From a virus, in IMG/VR virus record IMGVR_UViG_3300025137_005088, positions 3,066-67,065 of that record: a stretch of 64,000 bases of DNA; one strand, given 5' to 3'. Below, one piece after another: positions 36,231 to 47,640 of the stretch (the stretch's first letter is position 1; every line of letters begins with the position of its first letter). The notes under the pieces were generated by a model. It ran no database searches and was not told where the DNA came from. It was given only the letters and a program-made list of their open reading frames with translations. The position numbers were made by a program, and so were the translations under genes.

Positions 36231-39200
36231 TCGTTCCTTTGCCTGCATTTCTAATGAATGCATGTTCAGGCGAAATTCCTGCGGTACTTAGGCTTGTACC
36301 ACTATCGTTGTATGCTAAACGTAGTCCGTCCCCATAATGTGAGAATTTTTCTAGTGTTGGTATTCGTGTACTTGGTCCTGTGTTCCATATTTCGTCACCT
36401 ATGCTGTGTGCTTTTGGACTAGTTCCTAATGTACCTCTTGTAACTCCAATGAGTTTACATACTGTGCCCGCACCGCCGACTGGTTCAATAGCTAGGTATT
36501 CAATACGTTCTGTTCCTATCCATGCAACGCCTGGCACTAAATTATTATTATCACCTACACCAACTGTTAATGCATCATCAAATGCAGTTATATCATGAAC
36601 TGTAATTTCATTACTTGATACTGTAATATTAGCAAATAATTCAGCTTTCTTTAAATCTATAATAGCATTACTTGAATGTATCCCTTGTGGTTCGTACATA
36701 TTAATCCTAAACGCTCTACTGTCAGATGTCACTGTACTACCACTAGCATTTGTTTGTACTAGTATGCTTATATTTTCTGTATAGTCTGTTGGTACAAGCT
36801 CTTTGCCCCAGCCTTCTAATACAGTTTGTTGGAATACGTTGCCATTATAATCATCTGTGAAACTTGCATTTGCAGTTATAAATTCTGATGTATCAATATC
36901 ACCTGTAGGTGTACTAGTAAAGTCACCACCAAGTAATACTGTATCACCTTCCCAAGTTCTTGTACTATGATCTTCGTACTTGAGAGTAACAACACTATTT
37001 CTTTCAATATCTTCTATTTCAATATTTGTAGATTCGCCATGTGTGTTACTTTCCATACTGCTTAATAGTTTAGTGTGGAAAGGTTTAATACTGTTTACAT
37101 ATTCTTCTACAACATTTATATCATATGATTGATACTTGTCTTTGTTTGTTAGCAATGGTCTCTTAATTCCTAGATGTGCAAATGTAGTTTTAAAAGCAAA
37201 ATCGTCTGCTGTATTTTGTAATATTGCTGTAAACAATAACTTAAACCATAGTTGATTATACTTAACATGATGTGTTCCAATAAAAATTTCACTTCTAAGC
37301 AAGTCCATTAGTTTGCTTATAACATTATCACTACATGCATCGAATGGTGTTACATCTAATCCAATGGCGTCAAATCCGTTGCCGAACTTCGATTGGTTCC
37401 ATACCTCTTCACTTAGTTGTACAGTTGCTTTTTCTTTAAACACAAGTTTGTCAGCACCATTAATATAATAGTACATCTCGCTTCTATCTATGTCTGCTCC
37501 TGGGCTAGTGCTTTTAACTAAAATGTAACTACCATCAACTGGGTCACCTGCACTAACATAGTCTGTCCTAGTATTGTATACAATGTCAGCTACTGTATTT
37601 GGATTAAATCTAAAAGTTTCATTATCTTCAGAATCTTTTTCAACTAAATGCCAGTCTACTAAGTTAACATAATCTTTAATTTTATAAGTTACTGCTCCTT
37701 CTATAAATGTACTTGAAAATGCATTTTCCCAGTTATTAATTTCATCAACAACATTTACAGTACTTAATAATGAGTTTACACTATGTACAAAGTTTTGTCT
37801 AGCTTCTTTTACATCTCTATACAAACTTTGTCTTGGACGAGTTTGAAATCCATATCTGTTGTATTTGTGCAGTTTGAGATCAGGTAATGGTTGCCCTCTC
37901 CATACGCTGATATCGTCGGCTTGTGTACTTTCAATAAAGTTATAGTCATACACTTTACTCCAGTGACTCATGTCTGTGTCGAGGCTTGGTTGACTATTTT
38001 GATTATTTGCTTGTAGGCTTGTGTAAAAGTTTGCGCCTTCTTTTACTACTTGATCATCAGCGTAAACTGTTGTGTTATTCCAAGTCGTATAAGTTTTGTT
38101 AACACTATGTCTATTAAATCCAGCTAAACTATCTCTAATTTTTATATGCAAATATTCTGGTATAGTTATGTTAGGATCTTTTTCAGCAAGCATTACCCAG
38201 TCTTGCATTGGCAATGCTAGGGCAGTATTCTTTTGATTAAGTTGTGCCACTGTGTCATTGTTAACAAAATTTCTAATATTTGCTAGTAACAAGGTATCAC
38301 TACCTGCTTGTGCCGCCCAACTTAAATCAAATGCATTTGGATTAAGCATTATTTGTGCTAGTTGAAAAACATTATAATTGCTTTTTCTAATACTATTAAT
38401 TTTGTTTTTAATCCAAAAATAGTAAACAGTCTCAGTTTGCTTGCTTGCTTCATTGTAGTAGTTTTCTTCAGTCCAGTTGTATATAGTTTGACCATTTATT
38501 ATAACACTATATGCTTCGCCGCTAGCTTCTTTATTATCAACTATTGCTTTTTGTGTTACTAACTCGCTCCACTGTTCTGGAGGTACAGGACTTGCTGTCC
38601 ATTCGTAAATGTCTATACTCGAGCCATCAAATAGTTTCCCCCAATTATTTTGTTGGTAATCTATTGTACTTTGCTCATAGTCTAAGTATACTGCGGTGCT
38701 AGTATTCCACCATCTTGCACCTAGATACTCTCTTCCCCACTGTTCGTCATTCACAATACTACCATCTATATTATTAAAATTATAATTTGCAATATCGTTT
38801 GTAATTTTATAGTCAATTTCTTTATCAACAAAACCAAATATAATTCCTTTAACTGGATCATAAACTTCTAGTGTTGTAATAGTACTTTGTTTCTCTGCAT
38901 CATACAATTTAATATTTTCTACTAGATCATTTCTTGCTTGTGCAATACCAGTTCTAACTTGCTTCCATTCACCTATATGACCGTTAGCATCACTCCAAGT
39001 ACCAGTCCAACTATATACTGCACTTTGTCCTGTTCCGTCATCATCTACATAAGCATAAATTGGATTTGCTGAAAGTGTTTGCCTAACGCCTGCGAAATTG
39101 TATTTGTAAACATTATTTACTTTCACTTGTCTATCTGCTTCTAGTGCAGTATAAGTTGAGAAACGCATTTCTCTTAAAGGATAAATGTTGCCGGTATTGC

Positions 39201-42200
39201 CGTTTTGCTCAATAAATTCATCAATGAAAAACTTGTTAGTTTGATTTGATACTTTGGTTACTTTGTGTATGCCGTCTATATTAGGAACACTGTTACTTCC
39301 TCTTATTAAAACATAATCTCCAACACTTAGATTGTGTGCTTGTACATCACCTGTTTGTCGATTAATTTTTATTTCAGCATCATCTCCGGCGTCTGGTCCT
39401 GCACATATATCAAATGTATACATACCAAAGTCCATTGTTTGATAAACTTGATAGCCTAGGTTATAACTGCCAAACTCACTATTATCTGCAACCCATATAG
39501 CAAAAATATTTGGATCACTTGTATCTTTTGTAAAAACCGGATTACCATTTGAATCTACCAATGCTTCAAACACTGCACTGGTTGCACTTACCGTTGCACT
39601 CAATGTTTGTGCAGTTATACCTATAGTTATATTTGCTGTTCCTGCTCCAATAACCATTGTACCGTTTGTACTTGAAAGTTTTAGCTTGTTGCTAGCATTT
39701 GTTGCACTTACTCCAGCAATATTTGCATTATTAACCTTCTCTACGATATCAGTAATGCTCAATCCAACATTACTTGTAGCAGTTGTTGTACTTGCTGGTA
39801 CAAGTCCACTTGGTAAACCTATTGAACTATTTGCTGTTCCTGTGCCAATAAACAAGTTAGATAGCGTTGAATTAATTTGTAGTACATTAGTATTACTTGT
39901 TCCTGCCGATGCAGTAATACCTATTAGTCCTGCTTCATTGATTTGATCTATTGTTTGTTGTAGTGATAAAGGTAGTTGTAAGTTTTGTGTATTGGATGAT
40001 GCACCTATGCTTTCAGTTGCTGAACTAAATCCAACATTTGCATTTTCAGTTCCGACACTTATTGTTAATGTAAATGTTACTGCCGGAGTGTTTGTTGTTT
40101 TAGTAATTTTTAGTCTACTGCTAGCATCAGCACTTGCTGTTATATTGCTAATTCCTGCGTCATTTATTTCTTGTACTATATCAGTTAGTGTATACAATTT
40201 AAATGCAGGTGTAGTTATAGTTGCTACTACTGTGCTTGGCGCAAATGTAGTTGAAGCGTTCGCACTATTCTTGAGATATGTTGCAATATCGTCTGTATAT
40301 GTACCGCTGTTCAATGCGGCTTGCGAATCAGTAATATCACTTGGTGCTACAACTTGCGTACCTGCAACAACTTGTGTGCCTGTATAGCTTGTACCTTTTA
40401 TATTATTAATAGTAATTAAGTCCTGGTCTAACAAAAACTCTGCAGGTTGTTGTGTACTACCACCGCCCTGGATAAGTGTAAGTAGATGACTTATGTTCAA
40501 TCCTGCATTGTTTGTATAGTATGTTGTAATCCAAGTTGTCCATGCCGCCACACTATTAGACGCAATGTATGCCGCTCTTAAACCTTCAATTCTACTAATT
40601 CTAGTTGTAGCTGTGCTTGATATAGATGATTGATTTTGTATCCAACTAGTATTAAAACTATTTTCATATGCCTGCTGGGCTGTGATGTTTGTACTTGCAT
40701 TCTGTGAATCATTAAAGTTAATTGTAGTGCCATCAATAATTAATGTAGCAGTTGCACTACCTTGTATAGTTGGATTAATGGTTGTTCCTACCTTATTAAT
40801 GTCTGCAAAAGTAACTGTAGACACAATATTAGAAAAAGTAATTATAGTATTAATAGTAGAACTAGAACCTAGTATTACTGTCGATCCATGTGGTACTATA
40901 TCGGTACTAGCAATGTCTACTATGCCAGCTACTTGAATTACATTTGTAGTTGTACTGGTAGCACTTTTGCTTAGTGTTATAGTGTTTCCATCAATAACTA
41001 ATGTTTGTCCAGTACTCGGAATAACTGGTAATTGTACTGTGCCTGTTAGTTGAATAGGATTGCTAGCAGTTGCTAATCCACTAGCTCCATCTTCATCTAT
41101 CATTGACCAGGTCCTACCTTGATGTAAAACTTTTTCGTTAAATTTGTAACTTATATTGCTATCCCATATACCAATATCTTGCCAATTACCACTGTGGTCA
41201 TATGATGTTTTTACTTCTTCTGGAAACTTTTCAAAATCTTCTTTGTTTATAACTCTATAATCTGCTTCACTTAATAATGGTAAACCAGCAGTTGTGTAAT
41301 CTTGTGCAAATAACTCGTCGCTTGAATCTTTAAAAGTGTTTACTGGTCTTGTTAAAAAGTTGCTTTCAGTACTATCATGTACTTTAAGCGGACTAGTTTG
41401 GTCAATGTCAATTACAATATCGCTGAGTACATCAAACTTTTGTCCTGCACTAATTCTTACAGGTTGTGGACTTGTTTTTAGTAAGTCCGGAGTAATTTGA
41501 AATTCTAATGTGCTTCGTTTGGATGTGTCACCAAAGTCTGCAATTCTTACTGCCCATTGCTCTAATAGCTCTGCACTTGCTTCGCCGTCGAATAATTCTT
41601 GGTTACGCATAAATGCAGTGAGTGCATGATCTGTACCTTTATATTTGTAACTGCCTTTGACAAATTCGTAAAGACTATCATCATCAAAGCCTAAGTTTTC
41701 GCTCCATTTTGGTTTGTTATATCCTGCATTAAACCTTGCAATGTCACTTAATTGTTTGTTACTCAATGTATTTGTTCTACCTAAGTATTGATCTACTTCT
41801 CTAGCTGTAGTATCAAAGTTTGGTATAACTGTGTTATCATTAACTATATAACCCGGTGAATATAATTTACCATTCCAGTCTTTAGTTCTGCTACCACTCC
41901 ACACTATTCTATTGTGTCTTTGTGCAATACTTGAATCGTATATTGTATCATCAAAGTTAGTAATGTTGTCAAATATAAACACATGTTCTAGTTGTACTTT
42001 GTATAATCTTATTCCGTACAATCTAACACTATCTGGATCCTTAATTTGAAATACAGTTTCGCTATCAAGCTCCATGCTCTTCCTATCAATAATTAAATCT
42101 GAACTAGATATTTGCTTACCTGTTTCGTTAATAATATTATACACACCATCATATTTTTTATTGATATTATCAAAGTATCCATCTAATCCATCGTTAACTG

Positions 42201-45200
42201 TTACTTTAGTATCGTCTGGAATAAGCGTAATATCAGTTGTACTGTTTCCTATTGCCCATGTTACAAAGTTAGCCGCCGAACTTCTCCATTGCTGTGTAAA
42301 TCCCAAGTTGTTTAGATAATGACCATATCCATTTATAAAGTTATAAACTTCTTGAATTGATCTAAGTTCTGTATTGTAGTCCAACTGAGTTGTAACTTCG
42401 TCAAACGCTGTGTAACGCAGAACTTCCACAGTATTAGTTCCTTGAAACTGTACACTAATACCTTGAGTTGCTGTATTTGGGCTATTATATGTAAAATATG
42501 ATAGACTGTTATCAAAACCGTTAAGAGTGTATCCGTTTGCTGTTTTACTAATTTTAATACCACCGAAGAAAAACTCCACATCTGGCTTGCTAGTATACAT
42601 CACTGTTGAAATATTTTCCTCAGGAACAAATACTCGACCTTTATCTTGACTGCTTTCTAATATAAACTGATTATTTCTATTTACAAATCCGCCTGCTTTA
42701 ATTATTGGTTGAAAACTTAAATTTTCTAATCTGTTTCTCAGTGTGTCTGCACTGGTTCCATACAAATTACTAAATTCAATAATTGCATTACTAAGTCCAT
42801 TATAATAATGTGTAGCATTTTCAGCAAGTATAGGATCTAGTTCTGCACTTCCTGTTGAGATACTCAGTAGTGGTCTATTAAAATATTGTGTTCCTTGATT
42901 AGTAACACTGGCACTAACAATACTTCCATTTTCTACAAATACTGTTATCTCACCATTAATACCAAAGTTATCATTTACTGTTACAGTAGGTGCAACTGTA
43001 TATCCGCTACCAGGATTAATAATTTTAATGCTTTCAATAATCTTTCCTATTATTGAACTTCCACTGATGTCAGTATTTTTCCAACTATCTAGTTTAAGTT
43101 TATCTGTATCAATTTCTTGTGGATGATCATAACCTATTAAATTTTTAACTTGTCTTCTAGCTGTTCTAAAATAGTTGTTTAGTGCAATTAGTGGTCTTGT
43201 TCTCAAGAATGCAAGTGTTTGTGCTAGTTTACCTGCACTTGATCTGCGCCATACTGCTTCTACCGGACCCCAATCACCATAAACAAAATCCTGAGATGCA
43301 TCTCCTGAAGTAGGAGCTGGTACCACTCCAGCTGTGTCAGGATCGTTCATTATACCACCGGTTGTTACAAGTGTATTATTATTCCAATCATAATTTTTAT
43401 ATGTGTAATTGATGTTATAAGTTTGACTATTAACACCTAACGCAGGATCGCTTGTTTGTCCAAACTCAAGTGCTAATAATAGTGCTGAACGCTTTGTAGC
43501 GTCTGTCCAACTGTAGTTTGCGTCCCACCATGTTGGTTTAGTATTATGACTCAACATCTCCCAAGGATGGGTATGCGGTCTATCTGTATTGAAATAGTAA
43601 ATGTATAGGCCTCTCCAGCCGCCAATGCCGGGTCCTACACTGCTATAGTTCCAAGTCCATTTGTCACTGCCATCGTAGTATGTGCTACTGTTTAACGCTG
43701 TAATATTGTTCTTAGATTTGTATTTGTTAAACTCGCTTCTAATAGAATTATTCACTTCATCCCATGTATATACTGCTGGTCTGTGTGCATTTGGAAGGTA
43801 TGTACTAACATTAAGAGTATTAGGTAAATCTTCTCCTAAGTTATTATAAATTCTATTCTCAAGATCCCATATACCTGCATCAATAGGATTAAATCCTACT
43901 TGCTGTCTATTGTACATTTCTGTACCCAGTCTTACATGCACACTTCCATCATGTCCTAAAATAACATTGTCATTAAATAATTTATCACTATCTTTACTAT
44001 AGTCACTTCTAAGCTCTGGTACATATGGTTTAATCAATCCCAGTTTAGCCGCACTAGGAGGAACAAAACTTACACTATTTCTCTTGTACCATCTTATGTG
44101 TGCATTGTTTAAACCTGAGCCTGGAAAACTATTAATACCTGGTGCAGTAATAGTAACTCTGTTTTGATTAATACGATAATCTAAATCTTTAACAAGTGAT
44201 TTCCATGAGTGATTGCCGTTACTATCTGGAATTTGAATCCAAACTTGTACATGATTAAATGTATCATCATAGTTGTTAATTTCTTCTGGTAATTTAAACG
44301 CTGGTGTTTGATCTAATATCCAACTTACATCTGCACTTTTATAATCTCTATACATAGCCATTTCACTATGAGCAAATGGACTATCTGCATTCTTACCTAA
44401 GTGAAGTGCTTCTAGTGTTTTATCAACTAGAGTATAAATTGGTAGTGTTTGATCTAAACTTTCGTGTAGTTGTACAATTTTAAGTTTAAATTTTTCTTTA
44501 AATTGCTCATAGTTTGAACTTGCAAATTGTAATGCACTGTATGGATTAGTTGATACATCTACTAGTAACTGATTTAGCAATTCAGTACTGTAAGGTTGTT
44601 GTCTAATTGTACCGCCTGTATCACCTACTTTTACTATATTTCTGTAGTTGTTTGTTCCATACCAATTACCAGTGAACAAAGGATTACTGGTCATCTGACT
44701 ACTAAGGTGTTGAATTAAATCACCGTAACTTATTTTGTTAAAATCTAAGTTTTGTGCATTGTGTACTTGTGTAAGTGCCGGTTCAAATTCGCCTTCGCCT
44801 GTTGTTCTATAATCTTTCTTTGAAAAGAAACTAAATTCGTATATATCATCTTTAGTCAATCCACTAGTAATACTAATAACATCTCCAGTGTGACTGAAGT
44901 TTGTAAATGGATCACCATTTTTTAGTACGGTAACATTTGTCTCACTCGGATTATCGCTTAAAAATATTACACCAAAGTTTGCTGGGTCAGCTACAAGTCT
45001 ATACTTTATGCTGTTTACTGTAGGAGTTCCAATTTGTATCTGAAACTGATTATCAGTTCCGGCTGTTCTAACAAGTCCTGTGCCAAGTGCCGAGCCATCC
45101 ATATTCACAAACTCTATTTCAGCTTGTGGAAATAGTGTAGTTATTGCGTAGTTATTGCTGTAGTGAAAAAATAGTGTAGGTAACTTGCCGCCAACTCTTT

Positions 45201-47640
45201 GTACTCTGCCAGATAAAACAGATAAACTTGGTTGACTGCTTACTCCTAACAATCCAAATTCTTTGAATATGTTGTAGCATCTATCACCGACAAAACTTGT
45301 ATGTCCGACATCTACTTTAAGAGGTACACTAGCATCACTTATTACTTTTCTAATTTTTTTGTGTATGGGTTGTCCATTTCTTAAGGGTGTCCAACCATTG
45401 TGATATCTACCTGTGGTTAAGTTAAAACCAAAGAAGTTCTCTGGCGACTCGAAAAAGTCATCATCGCCATTATTGACAGGAGTATCCAAGTATCTATAGT
45501 AGTAATAGCCTTTAATTTCTACTTGGTTACTCTTAGATAAGTCTGTACTTTGATTTACATATGTGAATCTTTTGCTTAGTAAATTTGTAACAAAATTAAG
45601 TCCTGGATTATTTCCATAGTCAACATACTCAGGATTGAACCCTAGTGCATCATCATAATCATTTGTTTCACTGTGTACAAAATCAAATATAGTAGCACCA
45701 AAATAGTCACTGTTTGGATATTTTGTCGAATCATCAATTTTTACAAGATCAGTATCATATAGCTGTACTTTCATACCCTGACTTCTATGTTGCTTTTGTT
45801 GACCGTATACCCAACGTGTACTATTCCAATATATCTCAGCACCGCTAAACGGAAAACTTCTATCACTTATGCCAGCCGCAGTATCTTCTGGTGCATTGTG
45901 TACAAAATTAAATCCATTTAATATTACAACTTTATCACCACTTACCAACTGTGTTGCACTGTTAGTTCCGTCGTCATTATATCTTACCTGTAGAGTAATG
46001 CTTGAACCCACACCAGAAACTTCAAATATTTTATTTTTGTATATATTATTTGTAGATTCTAAAAATAGTACAAAATCACCATTCTCTAATTCAACAGGAG
46101 TAACTTGTTTCCAAAATTCTTTGTTTTCGCCATGTATTGGATTGCGTATTTCGCCATGTGCTTGCACACATTCCCAAAATGTAGTTACCAGATTAGGTGT
46201 TACACCACTAATAACCTTTACTAAAGCCCCAAAGATATAACCTTTATTGGACCATTGTTCTGTAAAGTTACCAGGAAATAAATTGTATGACGATTGTCCA
46301 ACTATGAGTGTTGCTGGATCTATTTTGTCTTCTAGTACATGATCTATATTTAAAATATGTTTTGTACCAGTATTGTATTTTTCTATTCCAGCTCGATATT
46401 CAATAATAGGTCTTACTGCTCTGTATTTGTCTAATGCATAGAGATCATCTTTAACATCTGCATAGCCATCATATATTAAGCTATTAGCAATAGTTTGTTC
46501 ATGTACCCAAAGATTAGAACGTGACCATGCATTTTTATCTAGACCAGTACGCTGTTCACATGTATAATCTCTAGTGGTCATTCTATGTTCTCTGAGATCA
46601 AAATTCTTAAAGTCAAATGCAAACTTATCGCTATCAAATCCAGCTGGTTCTTGACTACTATAAGTTGTTACGTTAGCCCATACTCTTTTTCCTTGTTGCC
46701 CTTCGTACTGACCTGGTTCAAATTGTTTCGTTAGTTGAATACCGGCAGTATCACCTACTCCGTCTACAATAAAAATTGCATCGTTTAAGTAATCACTTGA
46801 CGTAGTATAAGAATAGAATGTGTGTATTTCTATTTCTTCATTAACTGCCGGAGCAGTCGTTAGTGTTACCATACCAGTGACTGAATTATATGTATATGCT
46901 GACGTCAACTGTCTTACATTGTTAACATATACTATGTTTCTAATAGCACCAGTAACTGTAGCTGTAAACATATTGTTGCCAGGTACAGTTTGTGTAAATC
47001 TATCCACTGTGTGCGGAGAAAATCTAACACGCATGCCATTTTCGAATGTAAGTGCTCTACCATTTTTCTGTACAGGAGTTGTGTATGTAGTTTCTCCAAT
47101 AATAGTATCAATATCAAATGCACTTGTATATTTTAGTTCACTAGGAGGAAGGACGTCTAGTACCCAATAGTATCTATGATGATTTATAAACATATCATAG
47201 TTAATTGGTAAATCAAGTGTAAATGCTTGTTCGTTTAGTATTTTACTATGATTATTTGTATTGACTTCATTATACTTTAAACTACGAATTAAATCATCAT
47301 ATGCCAAGGCTTGATCAATACTGTTATCATTATTTTTGTTAACCATACCTGGCGTAAATTGATAAGTGTCGTTACTTCTTCCATCAACCAGATAGCTATC
47401 ATCTAAGCTAGGAGTAAACCTATCATCACCTATAGTTTTTCCAACAAAATGTTTGACAGGTTCTAAGCTACCACTTGACATTAATTGTTCAAGTGTACTA
47501 TCAAAAAACTGATTGTTTACTGTTGTTTGTAAGATATCAGGTAATAGTTCACTTACCCGCCTGCTTCCAGTTTTTTGTAAACTTTCACCTGGTCGATTTA
47601 TTTTAGGAACTATAGTTGGGTTAGTTTTACGTTCACTCAT
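36226..47640 (-). CDS. giant (3804 aa) baseplate/tail structural protein, in the gp7-like position
   Basis: Directly follows the gp6-like gene; N-terminal ELLPDILQT; C-terminal IKPFHTK; GSGYT repeats; Thr/Ser/Asn-rich beta modules. Confidence 0.7.
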   Translation of the reverse strand: MSERKTNPTIVPKINRPGESLQKTGSRRVSELLPDILQTTVNNQFFDSTLEQLMSSGSLEPVKHFVGKTIGDDRFTPSLDDSYLVDGRSNDTYQFTPGMVNKNNDNSIDQALAYDDLIRSLKYNEVNTNNHSKILNEQAFTLDLPINYDMFINHHRYYWVLDVLPPSELKYTSAFDIDTIIGETTYTTPVQKNGRALTFENGMRVRFSPHTVDRFTQTVPGNNMFTATVTGAIRNIVYVNNVRQLTSAYTYNSVTGMVTLTTAPAVNEEIEIHTFYSYTTSSDYLNDAIFIVDGVGDTAGIQLTKQFEPGQYEGQQGKRVWANVTTYSSQEPAGFDSDKFAFDFKNFDLREHRMTTRDYTCEQRTGLDKNAWSRSNLWVHEQTIANSLIYDGYADVKDDLYALDKYRAVRPIIEYRAGIEKYNTGTKHILNIDHVLEDKIDPATLIVGQSSYNLFPGNFTEQWSNKGYIFGALVKVISGVTPNLVTTFWECVQAHGEIRNPIHGENKEFWKQVTPVELENGDFVLFLESTNNIYKNKIFEVSGVGSSITLQVRYNDDGTNSATQLVSGDKVVILNGFNFVHNAPEDTAAGISDRSFPFSGAEIYWNSTRWVYGQQKQHRSQGMKVQLYDTDLVKIDDSTKYPNSDYFGATIFDFVHSETNDYDDALGFNPEYVDYGNNPGLNFVTNLLSKRFTYVNQSTDLSKSNQVEIKGYYYYRYLDTPVNNGDDDFFESPENFFGFNLTTGRYHNGWTPLRNGQPIHKKIRKVISDASVPLKVDVGHTSFVGDRCYNIFKEFGLLGVSSQPSLSVLSGRVQRVGGKLPTLFFHYSNNYAITTLFPQAEIEFVNMDGSALGTGLVRTAGTDNQFQIQIGTPTVNSIKYRLVADPANFGVIFLSDNPSETNVTVLKNGDPFTNFSHTGDVISITSGLTKDDIYEFSFFSKKDYRTTGEGEFEPALTQVHNAQNLDFNKISYGDLIQHLSSQMTSNPLFTGNWYGTNNYRNIVKVGDTGGTIRQQPYSTELLNQLLVDVSTNPYSALQFASSNYEQFKEKFKLKIVQLHESLDQTLPIYTLVDKTLEALHLGKNADSPFAHSEMAMYRDYKSADVSWILDQTPAFKLPEEINNYDDTFNHVQVWIQIPDSNGNHSWKSLVKDLDYRINQNRVTITAPGINSFPGSGLNNAHIRWYKRNSVSFVPPSAAKLGLIKPYVPELRSDYSKDSDKLFNDNVILGHDGSVHVRLGTEMYNRQQVGFNPIDAGIWDLENRIYNNLGEDLPNTLNVSTYLPNAHRPAVYTWDEVNNSIRSEFNKYKSKNNITALNSSTYYDGSDKWTWNYSSVGPGIGGWRGLYIYYFNTDRPHTHPWEMLSHNTKPTWWDANYSWTDATKRSALLLALEFGQTSDPALGVNSQTYNINYTYKNYDWNNNTLVTTGGIMNDPDTAGVVPAPTSGDASQDFVYGDWGPVEAVWRRSSAGKLAQTLAFLRTRPLIALNNYFRTARRQVKNLIGYDHPQEIDTDKLKLDSWKNTDISGSSIIGKIIESIKIINPGSGYTVAPTVTVNDNFGINGEITVFVENGSIVSASVTNQGTQYFNRPLLSISTGSAELDPILAENATHYYNGLSNAIIEFSNLYGTSADTLRNRLENLSFQPIIKAGGFVNRNNQFILESSQDKGRVFVPEENISTVMYTSKPDVEFFFGGIKISKTANGYTLNGFDNSLSYFTYNSPNTATQGISVQFQGTNTVEVLRYTAFDEVTTQLDYNTELRSIQEVYNFINGYGHYLNNLGFTQQWRSSAANFVTWAIGNSTTDITLIPDDTKVTVNDGLDGYFDNINKKYDGVYNIINETGKQISSSDLIIDRKSMELDSETVFQIKDPDSVRLYGIRLYKVQLEHVFIFDNITNFDDTIYDSSIAQRHNRIVWSGSRTKDWNGKLYSPGYIVNDNTVIPNFDTTAREVDQYLGRTNTLSNKQLSDIARFNAGYNKPKWSENLGFDDDSLYEFVKGSYKYKGTDHALTAFMRNQELFDGEASAELLEQWAVRIADFGDTSKRSTLEFQITPDLLKTSPQPVRISAGQKFDVLSDIVIDIDQTSPLKVHDSTESNFLTRPVNTFKDSSDELFAQDYTTAGLPLLSEADYRVINKEDFEKFPEEVKTSYDHSGNWQDIGIWDSNISYKFNEKVLHQGRTWSMIDEDGASGLATASNPIQLTGTVQLPVIPSTGQTLVIDGNTITLSKSATSTTTNVIQVAGIVDIASTDIVPHGSTVILGSSSTINTIITFSNIVSTVTFADINKVGTTINPTIQGSATATLIIDGTTINFNDSQNASTNITAQQAYENSFNTSWIQNQSSISSTATTRISRIEGLRAAYIASNSVAAWTTWITTYYTNNAGLNISHLLTLIQGGGSTQQPAEFLLDQDLITINNIKGTSYTGTQVVAGTQVVAPSDITDSQAALNSGTYTDDIATYLKNSANASTTFAPSTVVATITTPAFKLYTLTDIVQEINDAGISNITASADASSRLKITKTTNTPAVTFTLTISVGTENANVGFSSATESIGASSNTQNLQLPLSLQQTIDQINEAGLIGITASAGTSNTNVLQINSTLSNLFIGTGTANSSIGLPSGLVPASTTTATSNVGLSITDIVEKVNNANIAGVSATNASNKLKLSSTNGTMVIGAGTANITIGITAQTLSATVSATSAVFEALVDSNGNPVFTKDTSDPNIFAIWVADNSEFGSYNLGYQVYQTMDFGMYTFDICAGPDAGDDAEIKINRQTGDVQAHNLSVGDYVLIRGSNSVPNIDGIHKVTKVSNQTNKFFIDEFIEQNGNTGNIYPLREMRFSTYTALEADRQVKVNNVYKYNFAGVRQTLSANPIYAYVDDDGTGQSAVYSWTGTWSDANGHIGEWKQVRTGIAQARNDLVENIKLYDAEKQSTITTLEVYDPVKGIIFGFVDKEIDYKITNDIANYNFNNIDGSIVNDEQWGREYLGARWWNTSTAVYLDYEQSTIDYQQNNWGKLFDGSSIDIYEWTASPVPPEQWSELVTQKAIVDNKEASGEAYSVIINGQTIYNWTEENYYNEASKQTETVYYFWIKNKINSIRKSNYNVFQLAQIMLNPNAFDLSWAAQAGSDTLLLANIRNFVNNDTVAQLNQKNTALALPMQDWVMLAEKDPNITIPEYLHIKIRDSLAGFNRHSVNKTYTTWNNTTVYADDQVVKEGANFYTSLQANNQNSQPSLDTDMSHWSKVYDYNFIESTQADDISVWRGQPLPDLKLHKYNRYGFQTRPRQSLYRDVKEARQNFVHSVNSLLSTVNVVDEINNWENAFSSTFIEGAVTYKIKDYVNLVDWHLVEKDSEDNETFRFNPNTVADIVYNTRTDYVSAGDPVDGSYILVKSTSPGADIDRSEMYYYINGADKLVFKEKATVQLSEEVWNQSKFGNGFDAIGLDVTPFDACSDNVISKLMDLLRSEIFIGTHHVKYNQLWFKLLFTAILQNTADDFAFKTTFAHLGIKRPLLTNKDKYQSYDINVVEEYVNSIKPFHTKLLSSMESNTHGESTNIEIEDIERNSVVTLKYEDHSTRTWEGDTVLLGGDFTSTPTGDIDTSEFITANASFTDDYNGNVFQQTVLEGWGKELVPTDYTENISILVQTNASGSTVTSDSRAFRINMYEPQGIHSSNAIIDLKKAELFANITVSSNEITVHDITAFDDALTVGVGDNNNLVPGVAWIGTERIEYLAIEPVGGAGTVCKLIGVTRGTLGTSPKAHSIGDEIWNTGPSTRIPTLEKFSHYGDGLRLAYNDSGTSLSTAGISPEHAFIRNAGKGTI

